A DNA stretch of 64,000 nucleotides from positions 104,968,001-105,032,000 of the forward strand of contig NW_024704742.1 in the NCBI RefSeq assembly GCF_018977255.1, read 5' to 3'. The notes beneath the pieces are model-generated. The model had not been told where the DNA came from. It worked only from the letters and a program-made list of their open reading frames with translations, and searched no databases. Made by a program: the position numbers and the translations under genes. Source of the DNA: Callorhinchus milii. Lineage: Eukaryota. Shown in pieces: positions 51,451 to 64,000 of this stretch; position 1 is the first letter of the stretch; every line of letters starts with the position of its first letter.

Positions 51451-54400
51451 ATGCTGTGGGCAGCGGAAAGTGGGTAAGGAAACTTGCCTAAGGTTTTTGC
51501 CCACCTAGGAATTGAACACAGGTCCTCTCGCTTGCGAAGCGAGTGAGCTAACCGCTGAGCTCCAGGAAATCTAGGAGTTGTAATTGAACATTGGTGTTAA
51601 TGTTGGAAAAGTCACAGAAATCACTGAGTTAAGATCAAACCTTTACCAAGCAATCAATAAGGTCCAATTAAAGTTTTTAACAGCGCCATCATTTTTTTTC
51701 TCTCTCACAAACAACAAAGGCTTTGGAATTTTTTACGTATATTAAACAGCTTTGGTTATTGCACTCCCAAATTACACCATCCAATCTTATTCAATGTTAA
51801 TAATATACTGCATAGAAATTCAACCCTCATATTCTATTAGACATTGAGAAATATCAATTGTTAGTTCTGCTTCTTTACAATTAGTGGAATTCCCATCACC
51901 TTTACTGAATTTACCAGAACGTGCACTGGGCTCTAACATGACAAATGGCCACTTGGGATTGTACCAGCGAACTGCATAAAACGTTAATGCAATTTACCTT
52001 TAAAAAAACCTACTTAGGACCAGGTTAAAGTGCTTTTGTTTAATGTGCCTGGTGGATGATCAGATCTGTAATACTAATTAATCTGTAATGCTGTGTGCAA
52101 TTAGCTGCCGCGTTTTGCCCATAAAATACTCAGTCAATCCACGTTATAACATATTCTGTGAAGTGCTTTGATATGTCGCAACAATGTGATGAAGTGCTAT
52201 ATCAAATCCAAAGATTATTATTATTACTTCCCAATATAGCATGTGGCATATTGAAATACCCTGTGAAATATACACTCGCTCTCCCTTTGTGATGCGATTG
52301 TACCATTCCATAAGGCAGCATTACAGAAAGATAGTGTATTGTAATTACCATAGATCTGATCATCCACCAGACACATCAAACGTATAGTAAGCGGGGATTG
52401 AGGATTATTGCAATGTGAGGATTCCCAATGCTGTATTGGGAATTCATTGTTAGGTAGAAATATCCCATTCTCCAATCAGTAAAGGCTTCATCAAAATGAC
52501 CGTCTCACCTCACAGGCACAGGCGCATTCCTCGGCTGTTTAAGCTATTTATTAATTGAGTCCAGTAACCCTTCCTGGTAGCCTGTTAGCCAGAACATGGG
52601 AAGAAATTCCTTTCTCTTTTCAAACAGTGCCACAGGATCTTTAACATCTAAACAATAGAAACAGAAGCTGAAATAAAAGTTGTAGTGACTTTGTTTTATC
52701 CTGTATAATATGCTATAGAAATAGCTTATAATATCTATTTTTTAAAAAAATTGTCATTCAATTCACGACTGTTTGTGGGACACTGCTGTGCACAATTGGC
52801 TGCCACATTTGGCCCACAAAACACACAGTCAATCCACTTTGCGATATATTCTGTGAAGTATTTTGAGATGTCTCAACAACATGATAAGGCACTGTATCAA
52901 ATGCAAGGATTATTATAATTGAATTATGTTCCACATGGTGAACAGAGTAGGGATGGAGATAACCAATGTCCTAGGCAACATTCCATGACAATCTCCAGAT
53001 TTCCCGAGTGGGCGCCGTACTCCAGCTTCAAAGATGTGGACATCCATGTGAAAGGTTTCCAATTGGATGAATATGATCCGATCATGAAAGCTCAGTTCAG
53101 TAATAAAATGTCCTGCGTTCAACAATCGTCCACGGTGTGTTCTTAATATTCTCAAAAAGATGAAAACATAAACAAAATATTTTGCGTGCAGTGCCAAGAA
53201 TTATCTATTTTCTGCCTTCAGCCAAGCTGTTTTTGTAGTTAAGTATCAGTCATGTTGCATCTCATTTGTTTAACAGTAGATGCTGGCTTGGCTACTATGC
53301 AGTGTAATAATTTACTCTTGTGAGGATGTGGATATGGCCCGATGTAAGATTCTTCGATTGGTCAGCCGCGTGGCTGACACATGTGGAAACCTATGACTAT
53401 GCTTAACAATATCCAAACCAGACTGAGTTCCAAATATATATGCCATCTACACAAGGACATTTCTGGTGTCTGGAATGGAGTGCACATTCCTCCCTGGAAG
53501 TACTCCAAGATGCTACACCATGCGATGGGAGCAATATAAATGCAAATTGCTGCTGTTGTAGTTGGAAGGATGCATCCTGCTAATTCCAGAGAGCATTCTG
53601 TGCAGGTTGGCAAGGGCCAAGACTTGGAGACCTCGGAATAAACATTGGGGACACAGCTGAAGTTTAAGCATATTATTATTAAGCATATTATTATCTTAAT
53701 ATTAAGTATATTCCAAGGTCTCCAAGTCTAATCAGCTTGCCATTGATATTGCTGCCTGGCAAGCTTTTCCACTGCTTCCAGCTAGTAACACCCTATCCAT
53801 TAGGACTTTGGCTGGCAGGACTAACGGGAGCTGAATGGGAAGTATCCCTGCCCCTGTTGCCCAATCATCCCCTCCCAGTCCTTTCAGTGAGCCAGATAGT
53901 GTGTGGACTGTCATCAACAATGTCCTGGAGTACTGCAGACCTGCCTGGCTTAGGAACCAGGCAACCAAGACTGCTGAATCTGATGTGGGATAAAGTTCTG
54001 TAAGTGAATGTCCAATCATTTCCCCCACCTAATGATGCAATAGTCCTAATCATAATGAATTCATGAGAACACAATTAGATTAAATCAAGTATAGTATGAT
54101 ACATTAATATTGGTTACTGTTGTAGAATTTTGATCCCTTATTGCTTGATGTGATTTTACATTAAAGGCACCTAATCAGCCTATTCACTGTTGCATTAGCT
54201 GATCTCAGCTGGGGGCAAAGCTGGGATGCTTTAATTAACCTCACAACTCAGTCCCAGTGAGGAGGAAATCAGCTAAGCTTTCCATTCCCCAATCCCGTCC
54301 AACGAATTGCAACATGCATTTGTGTAAAATGTATGTGTATTTAAATATCAGGTGAGGAACACACATTAGTATAGCTATCAGATGCTGAATATACATGTGT

Positions 54401-56474
54401 GTAGATAGATGTCTGGTAAGGAACATGCACGTGTGAAGTTACCAGGTGAGGAATATATGTGTGTATTTAAATGTCAAGGGAGCATGGGAAACATTGGGCA
54501 CAAAAGGAGTTCCTGAGGCTGAGGGGATAATTGATTCATGAAGATACAGTATATGATTGACAGCTATCTGGGTCTGCTATAAACTGTACCTAAGATGTGC
54601 AGAATCAGCAATTGGCACCTTAGGACAACAGTCTTTTCCTGGGAAACAATGTGCTTTTTCAGATCCATGAGTTCACTGCAGTTGTATTTTGTTTTGAAAA
54701 TGCAAAGGTCACTGAACGTTTCTGCTTGCTGTATATCACCACTAAGAAGCCAACTATAGCACAAAATCTGAATTCTTAAGGATTGGCTCAAATGGGCTGT
54801 GGTAATAGATATGTCACTAAGATTTAGTGCAACTGCTACAAATTTGGTATTGTTCGCTCAGAGAGGTCATCGGGGTAACGCAAGGAAGATGGAAATGGCA
54901 TTGTGTTGTGTGCTGTGGTAATGTTGAGATTTAGGTACATTTATCAGGATAATTCAATGGTAAATAGTATCTCTATACTGCAAATGTCCCGTGCTTTACA
55001 TGGATTAGAAAAGTGATAATGAATTGGATTGTGCTAGTATTTTGTAATATGATTTCTTAAATAGGAAATGCACAATATGCTGAGCTGATGATACCCCTCT
55101 CCAAAACAGATCACCGTGCAGTGACCTTCATGAGTTTGTGTCACATATTTCTGGGTTTCTTAATTGAGAAATCACCTTAGCAAATATCACAAAATTGATG
55201 TCACTGGTGTTTCTATCTTGAAAGTAGAAGAAATGTTTCCACCTGCAGCACAGGAGGTGTCTCTGAGGGCAAAAATATGTAATCTGACTTGCACTGTTCC
55301 ACCAACTCTCTAATAGGGGTATTCACTTTGCATATGCTTACTATAATCGGTGTAAATGTCTTCAACATAACACATATATTCTGCAATTAATTTAAAATGA
55401 GTTTCCTTATTTATCAAACAACAGTATACAGTGCTGTAATGGAAAGAATACTAAATATGCCAAACCCCCAAAAGTCTTGAATTTCCCATCAAATGAGATT
55501 TTAATATTTTATGCTTTTAGACAAGGATCCACATTGACTCACTGAAACAAAGGGACCTTTTAAAGATACAGTTGTTTTTAAAATAATCTGCTATGTTTGC
55601 AGATGTTTCAATGAATCCTTGACACAGATGTCTGCCTTGATTATTATCATATGAAATTGTCCCCTCACAACAATTGTGTTCTGTTTTGGAACCAAAATCT
55701 TTCCACGCAACCAACCGCTCATTAAATCATATGATTTCATTTGTTGCAACTCAGATGCAAAGTTGTTGAACAGCCAATTCTGTCATTCTAGTCGCGGCCT
55801 TCTGCTCTGAGACACTTTCTTTCATCTGTGGTTCACTATCATCTGTTTCCCTGGCAACTGCTGCGGTTTGGCTACATAAATGTGTGTGAGTGAAATTGAT
55901 GGATGGGAGAGGAACTATAATACATATTGTGTTTATTCAGATCTCATTTGAGTTACTAGGTGGGCATTTGGTTTAAGGAAAACCGACTTCACATATTACT
56001 TGCTATCTCCAGCTTTGCTCACTGACATTTGTGACTAGGTCCTTAGTTTTCTTAACTCAAAGAGAATGGTTTGGAGAAGTGGAGAGAAAAAAAACATCTG
56101 GCAACAAATACAAAACGATTTATTCAGAGAAACCTTTGAAATGAATTTGATACATTTATTGAGTTCAACAAATTAAACCCTGGCCTAAGCAAAATTCAAA
56201 ACAAGGTCTTAAATACTAACATCACATTGTGTGCAATATACAGTCACTCCACTTTACATTGTATCCTGTGAAGTTCTTTGAGACATCCTCCCAACAGATT
56301 TTGATGATAAATGGTTCTATTTTAAGAAAGCGTGCGATGAAAAAAATCTCCCTGGCCCATAAATCTCACTGCTTTTCAATCTATATTGGGGGGTTTATTT
56401 GATTTGCTTAATGGGGTTTAACATATGGTTTGGAAATTTGTAAATTCCATTAGGAATTATACAAATGTGCCAGA

Positions 56475-56900
56475 GGCTCCACTGGCTCCCATTCCTTCAG
56501 AGGATAGAATTCAAAATCTTCATCCTCATTTTCAAGGACCTCCACTGCCTGTCCCCTCCTACCTCTCTGACCTACTGACCCCCTATCAACTTGTCCGCTC
56601 AGCAGGCACTGGCCTGCTCCAGGTCACCCACCTGACCCGCCCTACCATCGGCGGCCAGGGTTTCAGCCTCTCTGCTCCCACTCTTTGGAACTCCATCCCA
56701 CAATCCCTTTGCCTTGCTCCCACTCTTGCCTCCTTCAAGGCCCGACTCAAGACCCTCCTTTTTGACGTGCCTTCGGCCGCCCCACTGCCCCCCCTCATCC
56801 GAACCCTGCCCCCACGCTCAGATCCTGATCCCTGACTGTTCAGTGGCTTGGGGCATCCTCCCGACGTGAAAGGTGCTTTGAAATGTAATTTTGTTGTTGT
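56475..56900 (+). mobile_element. L2 3' fragment
   Basis: PTIGGQGFSLSAPTLWNSIP…FKARLKTLLF; (TTG)n tail. Confidence 0.88.
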
Positions 56901-58057
56901 TCCCACTATTCCTCTCCCAACACTGTTTTCTGAGTAGCTGGATTAGACTTTTGACTTCCTCTCTTGAGGTTGTGGTTCTCACCAAACATCTGGGAAATTC
57001 CCAATTGATAAGGTTCAATTTCTAAATTCAAAACGCACATTGTACCCCAAGCCCCTGAAGGAAAGCTCTGCGCAAGTACTCTGGTCGCTGAACAGAATCG
57101 AGCAAAACTCAATCCATTCTTGCACCTCTTCCAATGCCTAGGTGTTGCTGTCCCGAGGTGACATTGTGTCAGCAATGTATGCAGCTGGCATCGGGTGACC
57201 CCAGCGGGTGGTTTAAATGGCAGTCGTGGTGTTACTGAAAGTCAATGCAGCCATTTTCATTTACAATTCAGATGTGTCAAAGAACAAAGGGCAACAAATT
57301 GTGATATTTTTACTTTGTAACGCAATAAAAATCTGTCTTTTCGAACTGCTTTGGTTCAGCTTTTGCAACACAGGTGCCTTCAATGGTTATGTTCCTAGTT
57401 TAAAGACATCATTGCACTGTGCAAAATGACATCACAACAGAAGGTGGCTGCTTGGAGATTTATATAAATCTCCGGCCGGAGTAACACTAACATGTTAATG
57501 GGAAAGCGAGATATAATATGTTTTTCGGAATGTGATTAAGTGTAAAGGAGCCTGAAAAATGTTCATTCTCTGAATCCTTGATGTCTTGCCAATGGAACAT
57601 TACTCAGTATAGAAGAAGTGAGTAGGATTGGGAATACAAACACCAGGATGCACTAGTTGGGATGGATGGTCTGTTTCTGTGCCATATTGATCGATGCAAC
57701 TCTATGTAGAATGTTTAAAGACACTGAACTATGCAGACAAGAATTCAGTTTAATGTCTCATCTAAAAGACGGCACCTTCTCTGCACTGCACTGTTTTGTG
57801 AGCCGAGGCTATGAGCTCAAGTCTCATGGAGTTCGAACACACAACTCGGAGGTGAAATTGTTACCTCCTGTGCCAAACTACACAAATCATCTGTAAAACC
57901 AAATGGTGTTTGCAGTAATGTGTAATTCTTATCTATAACAAAGAGAAACTTGCACTTATCTCTAGTACTTTTCACATAGGGTGAATATCTTGAACAGCAT
58001 CACAAAGCCAATGGGATCACCAGACAGGGAGGAAAAGGAAAGAGAAAAATATATAAA

Positions 58058-58526
58058 AATAATAATTCTTGCATTTGATATAACGCTTTATCACGCTGTT
58101 GAGACGTCACACAGCGTTTCACAGAATATATTGTAAACGGGATTGACTTTTTTTATGGAGAAAATACGGAAGCCAAATACACACAGCAGTGTCCCACAAA
58201 CAGTCGTAGATTGAAAATTACCAATTTATTATTGGTTTTGGTTTTGGAGGGATTATTATTAGGCTCTGTGTGGAGTAAGGAAACTTGCCCAAGGTTTCGC
58301 CCTCTGCCTGGAATTGAACTCAGCTCTCTCACTTGCAAAGTGAGTGCTCTAACCACTGAGCTACAGGACTCCACATTTGACTAAAAATTGGATTGCTACT
58401 TACTGCTAAGTAAACAGAGATGTGTGGAGTAAGAAAACTTACCGAAGGTTTCGCCCATCCCAGGAATTGAACCTGGGTATTCTCGCCTTGTGAGGCGAGC
58501 ACTCTAATCACTATGCTATGGGACTC
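58058..58526 (-). mobile_element. SINE (58058-58372) preceded by the 5' part of a second SINE (58373-58526)
   Basis: Two successive tRNA-like heads on the minus strand. Confidence 0.85.
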
Positions 58527-61173
58527 GAAAAAACATAAAACATTTACCAGTTGGGAGAAAATTAGACAAAATAATTGGACACAAATTTAGGCTGAAGTTA
58601 ACTCAAATCTATGTTTACTAACTTGTATATAAGCTGCTCACACAACTTTGTATTATCATACATAGCTCCTGCCATGTAATGCTGTTATATATAAGCTTCA
58701 TTAAGCAGTACCAGTTTCCCTGTATTATAGCGTCTCAGGAATCTCCCATTTTGAAGATGCACTATATATATATATTTTTTTAAAATCATTCTATATGATA
58801 TAAATTAAAAAATAGTTGGATTCCTAAACATTGATCTCCTTCATGCTATTTGGTTGAGCAATGAAAATCTTGTTTCCATTCTTGAAAGACATCGCTTTTC
58901 TTCATCTCTTCCCACATCCAACGATTAGCTCCCGCCTTTGATGGCTCCCTGCTTGGTTTCTCTTCATCTAGAGACAGTTACAGCCTCACTAACTCCTCTG
59001 ATCTTAAATAGTACTCCCACATATTCTCTGTTGCTTCAACTGCCTCCAATAAGCACTGTTATCTCTTTTCTTTGCTGCCAGGTATTTATTTCCGAGCAGT
59101 GAGTGATGTGGAATTGCTCTGGGAATGAATGCAATTAGTGTGAATTGCTCTGGGTGTAAATTTGATGGCAGTGAATCCCACATTCTCCCTTTAAAGCAAT
59201 TGCCCCCAAATGTTTGAAAGGACTGTTTGTTAAGATCTGCCACCAGTTCTTTAATAACTGCCTCTGACCCTTCACCTAAGATACTCAATAAAAAACACCT
59301 GTGTGAGTGTGAGGTGCTCAGTGCATTTGAGTACATGGCATAGGAGAAGCAGGACTGCAGTTCACTCCACCAACCTCCCCTATCAGCAGTATGGATGTGA
59401 GGACACATTGAGCAGATACTGGGGTCATCTGACAGGGATAGAGGGAAAATACGATAATAAACCTCAACCAGAAAACTCCAAAATGCCTCAGCAACCAGCT
59501 CAAGAATGGCACAGACAAAGGTCTGGCCCACCCTCGTAGCCACTGAAAGGGACTGAGTCATAAAGACTCGGACAAGAGAAAAATAAAAACCAAACAGCCT
59601 TCAAAACAGAAACTGAGAGTGAGTGAAGAGGTACAATGGAAGGTGGCAGCTTGGCTCAGTGGGAAGAACTCAGATCTGTGGGTCAGGAGATTGTGGATTT
59701 AAACCCCGAATTAGAACATGAGTTTACAGTCCAGGCTGGCACACCAGTGCAGTATAGGGGCAAGGCTGCATTTTCAAAGCTGTCATCCTTCCGCAGAGAT
59801 GTTAAACCAAAATCCTGTTGCCTATCCTTCGGGAGGACAATAATGATCCTGTGGCACTATTTAAAAATAAAATGAAGTTTCTCCTGTTTTCTTTGCAACT
59901 CAACCCATTGCATTATCCTCTATAACTTTCTGTAACACTAAAGTGACTGCTGTATTTACCTACAAACAGTCACTACACGTGACAATAATTACTGTGAAGT
60001 GATGTGAAATACTTCATTGGTGTGGATACTATAAAAACAAGAAAATATTCTTGTCCATTTCTGTTCAGAACTAAAAATAACATCCACACATTCCAGCAAA
60101 TGTCCCTGCCCCAATTGTCTTGCTAAGCCAGATAATTACTGTTATTGTTGTTTGATGATGAATGGAGACGACATCCCCCCAAAGATAGGGAAAAACATTG
60201 AGCTAGTACAGCTGTGCGTAGAGCAACGTCCCACAAGCATCCACCTGAATAGGCAGATAGGCCTTCGGTTTAACGTCTCAAAGGTTAAACTGAGTGTGTG
60301 TGTTTAATATTCGCAACTCCAAGCCTGCAGCTGCTGAGCTATCCAACTGTTTGCCTGAAAGGTACCTGTTCCAGATAGTTCAAATGAAAGATGAGTCTAT
60401 CAGATCCAGTCTTTCAGGCAGTCTGTCTGTCCCAGTTTTATATACCCAGATTCTGCTGATTGATTATACGTTTTTCTAAAAAAAATACAGAGTTATTTTT
60501 CTGACAGAAATTCTTCCAATTATGTTATGCCCAGATCTAGCTGCTGTCACTGTGGCAGCTGCTTAGTGTTCAGTGTGTTATGAACTTGACCGTGTAAGAA
60601 GCCAGTGGGAAGAACTCAGATCTGTGGATCAGGAGACTGTGGATTTAAACCCCAAATTAGAACTTGAGTTCATAGTCCAGGCTGGCACACCAGTGCAGTA
60701 TAGGGGCAGGTCTGCATTTTCAAAGCTATCATCCTTCCGTTAGTTATATATTTAAAGTTGAGCTATTTTCTCTACATATGAAAACGATGTTTTGTTTGGC
60801 AAATGCCAGACAGAACGTTGTATTTTCCTATATGTGATTAAATTCTGTTTAGAAGTCAACAAATCCATGTAACACAAGATTGACTCGTGCTGATGTCACT
60901 CACTGAATTATTTTGTTCCAATATTGTAAGCTTCATGGTTTGATAAATTCTAAGTAAGGAACAATTAACACTGTTTTACAGAATTTGTCTTCATCCGGAA
61001 GAATGGCAGGAGGCTATTGATTTGAAGGAAAAATGGCTTAACTAGGACAGTCTTTAAATCAATAATATATCTCCTGACTTCAAAGAGCTTTATTAAAAAG
61101 GGAAGTTGAAGAGGACTCTGAATGCAGGGTTTTAATCCAGCCCAGAAAGAAAGGGTATTATCTTCATACCTCT

Positions 61174-61880
61174 ACAACAACAACAAATTACGTTTGTCTA
61201 GTGCCTTTCAAGTTGAGAGGACATCTCAAGGCGCTGGACAGTCTGGGATTTAGACCCGAACTTGGGGCTAAGATTAGGAGGGGTTGAGGACAGGGAGGGT
61301 ATAAGGGTGACTCAAGGCAAGTTGAAGAGGAGAGTCCTGGGACAGCCTTGAAGGAGGCAAGGAAGGGAGCAAGAAGAACAGACTGTGGGATGGAATTCCA
61401 AAGGGTGGGGTCAGATGACTGAAGGCTTGACCGTTGATGGTAGGGCAGGCAGGGTGGGGGACGTGGAGCAGGCCGGAGCCTGCTGAGCAGAGGGAGCAGA
61501 CAGGTTTGTAGGGGGTTAGGAGGCCACAGAGGTAGGGAGGAGCAAGGCCGTGGAGGGCTTTGAAGGTGAGGACCTATCTATGCAACGTGGCTTCATGTAC
61601 TCCAGCAATGAATCCAGTGTTAGGGTAACTCCTAACACCTGGGTAATTCCTCATCAATATTTTAAGTATTCTAAATTGAACAACAACAACAAAATTACAT
61701 TTATAGAGCACCTTTCACGTCAGGAGGATGTCCCAAAGTGCTGAACGGTCAGGTGTCGGGACCCAAGCATGGGGGAGGAATGGTGGTGTAGGGGTAAGGG
61801 AAGGCAGAGAGGTGGGAGGGAGACCAAAGGCACGATTGAAGAGAAGGGTCTTGAGACCGGCCTTGAAGGAGGTAAGGGAG
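61174..61880 (-). mobile_element. Two adjacent L2 3' fragments (61174-61575 and 61679-61880)
   Basis: Each begins on + with (CAA)n AAATTAC.TTT, followed by L2 3' sequence. Confidence 0.85.
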
Positions 61881-62295
61881 GAACCAATCAATTGGGCTTG
61901 ATTGTTGCGTGAGAGTGGAAGGTCTGTGTTTATTCCCAAGTAAATGGTCAGTGCTGACACGGAACATCTGAAATAGGAAACTGCTCAGATTCCCATTGCT
62001 AAGATATTTTGATAATAGAAACATAGGAATGTACAGGATTTGAAAAGATCTTTGTAACGCATTTGGCTGGCCCCAAAGTAAAATTGGGTTTACTGATCTG
62101 CCTCTCACTGCCTTCAATCTTTACCAAATAGCTATCCTAATTCCTTCTTGAATTTGCTGGCGCCATCTGCCTCCACTACCTCTCTGGATTGTCCACACCA
62201 CATATTCACCAATTGCTCATGAACACAGAATAATTAAAGGAGGTCTGAACATCAAGATTCTGTTTAAACATCAAACTCTTACCAATGGTTATTGT

Positions 62296-62654
62296 GGAAT
62301 CCTGTAGCTCAGTGGTTAGAGCACTTGCTTTGCAAGTGAGAGAGCCTGGCTTTGCTTCCCGGGCAGGGCAAAATGTTGGGCAAGTTTCCTTACTCCACAC
62401 ACTTCTGTTTACCTAGCAGTAAGTAGGAACCCGGTTGTTAGTTGATTGGCAGATTGCTTTTCCGGGGTAATGATACTTTTTAAAAAAATACGGTCACTCA
62501 ACCATGACTGTTTGTGGGACACTGCTGTGTGCAATTGGCTGCCGCGTTTTGCCCACAAAATATACAGTCAATTCACTTTACAGTACATTCTGTGAAGCGC
62601 TTTGAGATGTCTCGAAGACATAATAAGGCGCTATATCAAATGCAAGATTATTAT
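62296..62654 (+). mobile_element. Full-length tRNA-derived SINE
   Basis: Same head, core and tail as 32494. Confidence 0.9.
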
Positions 62655-63364
62655 GGTAAACATCTTTCTGATCTTTTTTTTTATTTCTAAAATATTTAGA
62701 GTGTTTCAAAATGACTGTTAGGACGCTGGATTAATATTGAGAGTCATAAAAACAATGATGCTCTTTCTGTTATTTTGCCTCCCTCACACTGCAGGCCTCA
62801 ATAAGTCTTCCATGTCAGCACTCGATGTGCCATCAGCCATCACTGTTTAAGCAAACTTATACAAGAACATGACTGATATGAATAAAATAAAAGCATATTA
62901 ATCATTAATTTTGCAAAGGATTTTTTTTTAAAGAAGGATTGTGATGGTGAGATTTTCATTTCATTGTGTGACTTCAATATACAATATTGTGTTCCACTGT
63001 TCTGATGCTGAACTTACTGCGTTTCATTTTTGAGTGGTTTGTTTGTTAAAAAAAATGCATCAATAATTCTTGCTCATTACAGGAACAGCTCAAACCCTTT
63101 CATTTGCTTCTTTGATGCGTGCTGCATTTTTCATATGCTCCAACTTATCTCATAATTAGGAATTTTGGTGATAATTCAAATAGGCCATAAGCTTGGGTTG
63201 CAAATGTTGTCACTTTTGTTGTGATAAACATGCTCACTGGCTTTACACAGATATAAATTGTGCTTCTTCATAGACCTGAATTGACTGGAATTAAAATTTA
63301 CATAGTTCACATTCCCCATGCAATTATGAGATAAGTAGGAGCATATGGAAGATGCAATACCTAC

Positions 63365-63675
63365 AAACTACAACTGATTCAGAATTTTGCTGCCTGAATT
63401 CTCACCCACACTAAACTCCGTAGCCCCATCACAACAGTGCTCGCCAGGCTCCACTGGCTCCCTATGACAGTGTTGATTGATTTCAAGATCCTCTTGCTCA
63501 TCTGCAAATTCCTTCATGCCCTGGCACTTCCCTACCTTTCTGACCTGCTTTCTCCCCACTCCACTACCCACTGCCTCTGCTCGGCTGGCTATGGCCTACT
63601 ATTTGTCCCTCATCCTCTCTGCTCCCCCATTGGGTGCCGTGCTCTCAGCCACTACACCCCAAAGCTCTGGAAATC
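63365..63675 (+). mobile_element. Older L2 fragment
   Basis: LARLHWLP…IDFKILLLI…PKLWKSL. Confidence 0.8.
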
Positions 63676-63692
63676 CCTCTTTCCCCTCTTTT

Positions 63693-63982
63693 AATAATAA
63701 TAATCCCTCCAAAACAACAAAAAATAATAAATTGGTCATTTTCAATCGAAGACTGTTTGTGGGACACTGCTGTGCGCAATTGGCTGCCGCGTTTCGCCCA
63801 CAAATATGCAGTCAATTCACTTGACAGTGTGTTCTGTGAAGCGCTTTGGGACGTCCTCCCGACGTGAAAAGCGCTATATCAAATGCGAGGATTATTATTA
63901 TTATTATTCTGTGAAGTGCTTTGAGACGTCTAGAAGACGTGAAAGTGCTATATCAAATTCAAGGGTTATTATTATATTATTA
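63693..63982 (+). mobile_element. Headless SINE with duplicated 3' tail
   Basis: Same double-tail architecture as 27103-27388. Confidence 0.85.
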
Positions 63983-64000
63983 TTTTAGATCACAACTGAA

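Noticed and set aside
59004..59561. 185-aa minus-strand ORF
   Set aside because: No recognisable domain, splice context or homology.
39300..64000. Expected FER 3' exons downstream of PJA2 by synteny
   Set aside because: No tyrosine-kinase motifs seen on either strand; presumably outside the window.

Overview
Eukaryotic vertebrate genomic DNA, most likely a cartilaginous fish. This is inferred from the repeat content (L2 LINEs, tRNA-derived SINEs, Deu-type SINEs, CR1, Penelope); a chimaera is a plausible guess but is not provable here. The window holds a complete PJA2 (praja RING-H2 E3 ligase) gene on +, with a GC-rich promoter near 12.65-12.85 kb, 8 coding exons at 20105-38674 that join into a 714-aa frame, and a polyA signal at 39241. 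One clear MAN2A1 (Golgi alpha-mannosidase II) exon lies on - at 9777-9921, head-to-head with PJA2 as in other vertebrates. The oddest region is 9.9-12.7 kb. The MAN2A1 5' exons (including the transmembrane anchor) are not visible. In their place are a possible ~33-nt exon-2 remnant fused to an L2 fragment, a short copy of PJA2 intron 1 at the junction, and a ~1-kb (GAGCTGGGCG-Gn) tract abutting the PJA2 promoter. Other notable items are local templated duplications (one inverted), decayed hammerhead ribozyme motifs in Penelope fragments, and SINE/L2 shared 3' tails. 39.3-64 kb is intergenic and repeat-rich. Most short ORFs in the track are spurious or repeat-derived. All coordinates were counted by eye, and repeat boundaries are approximate.
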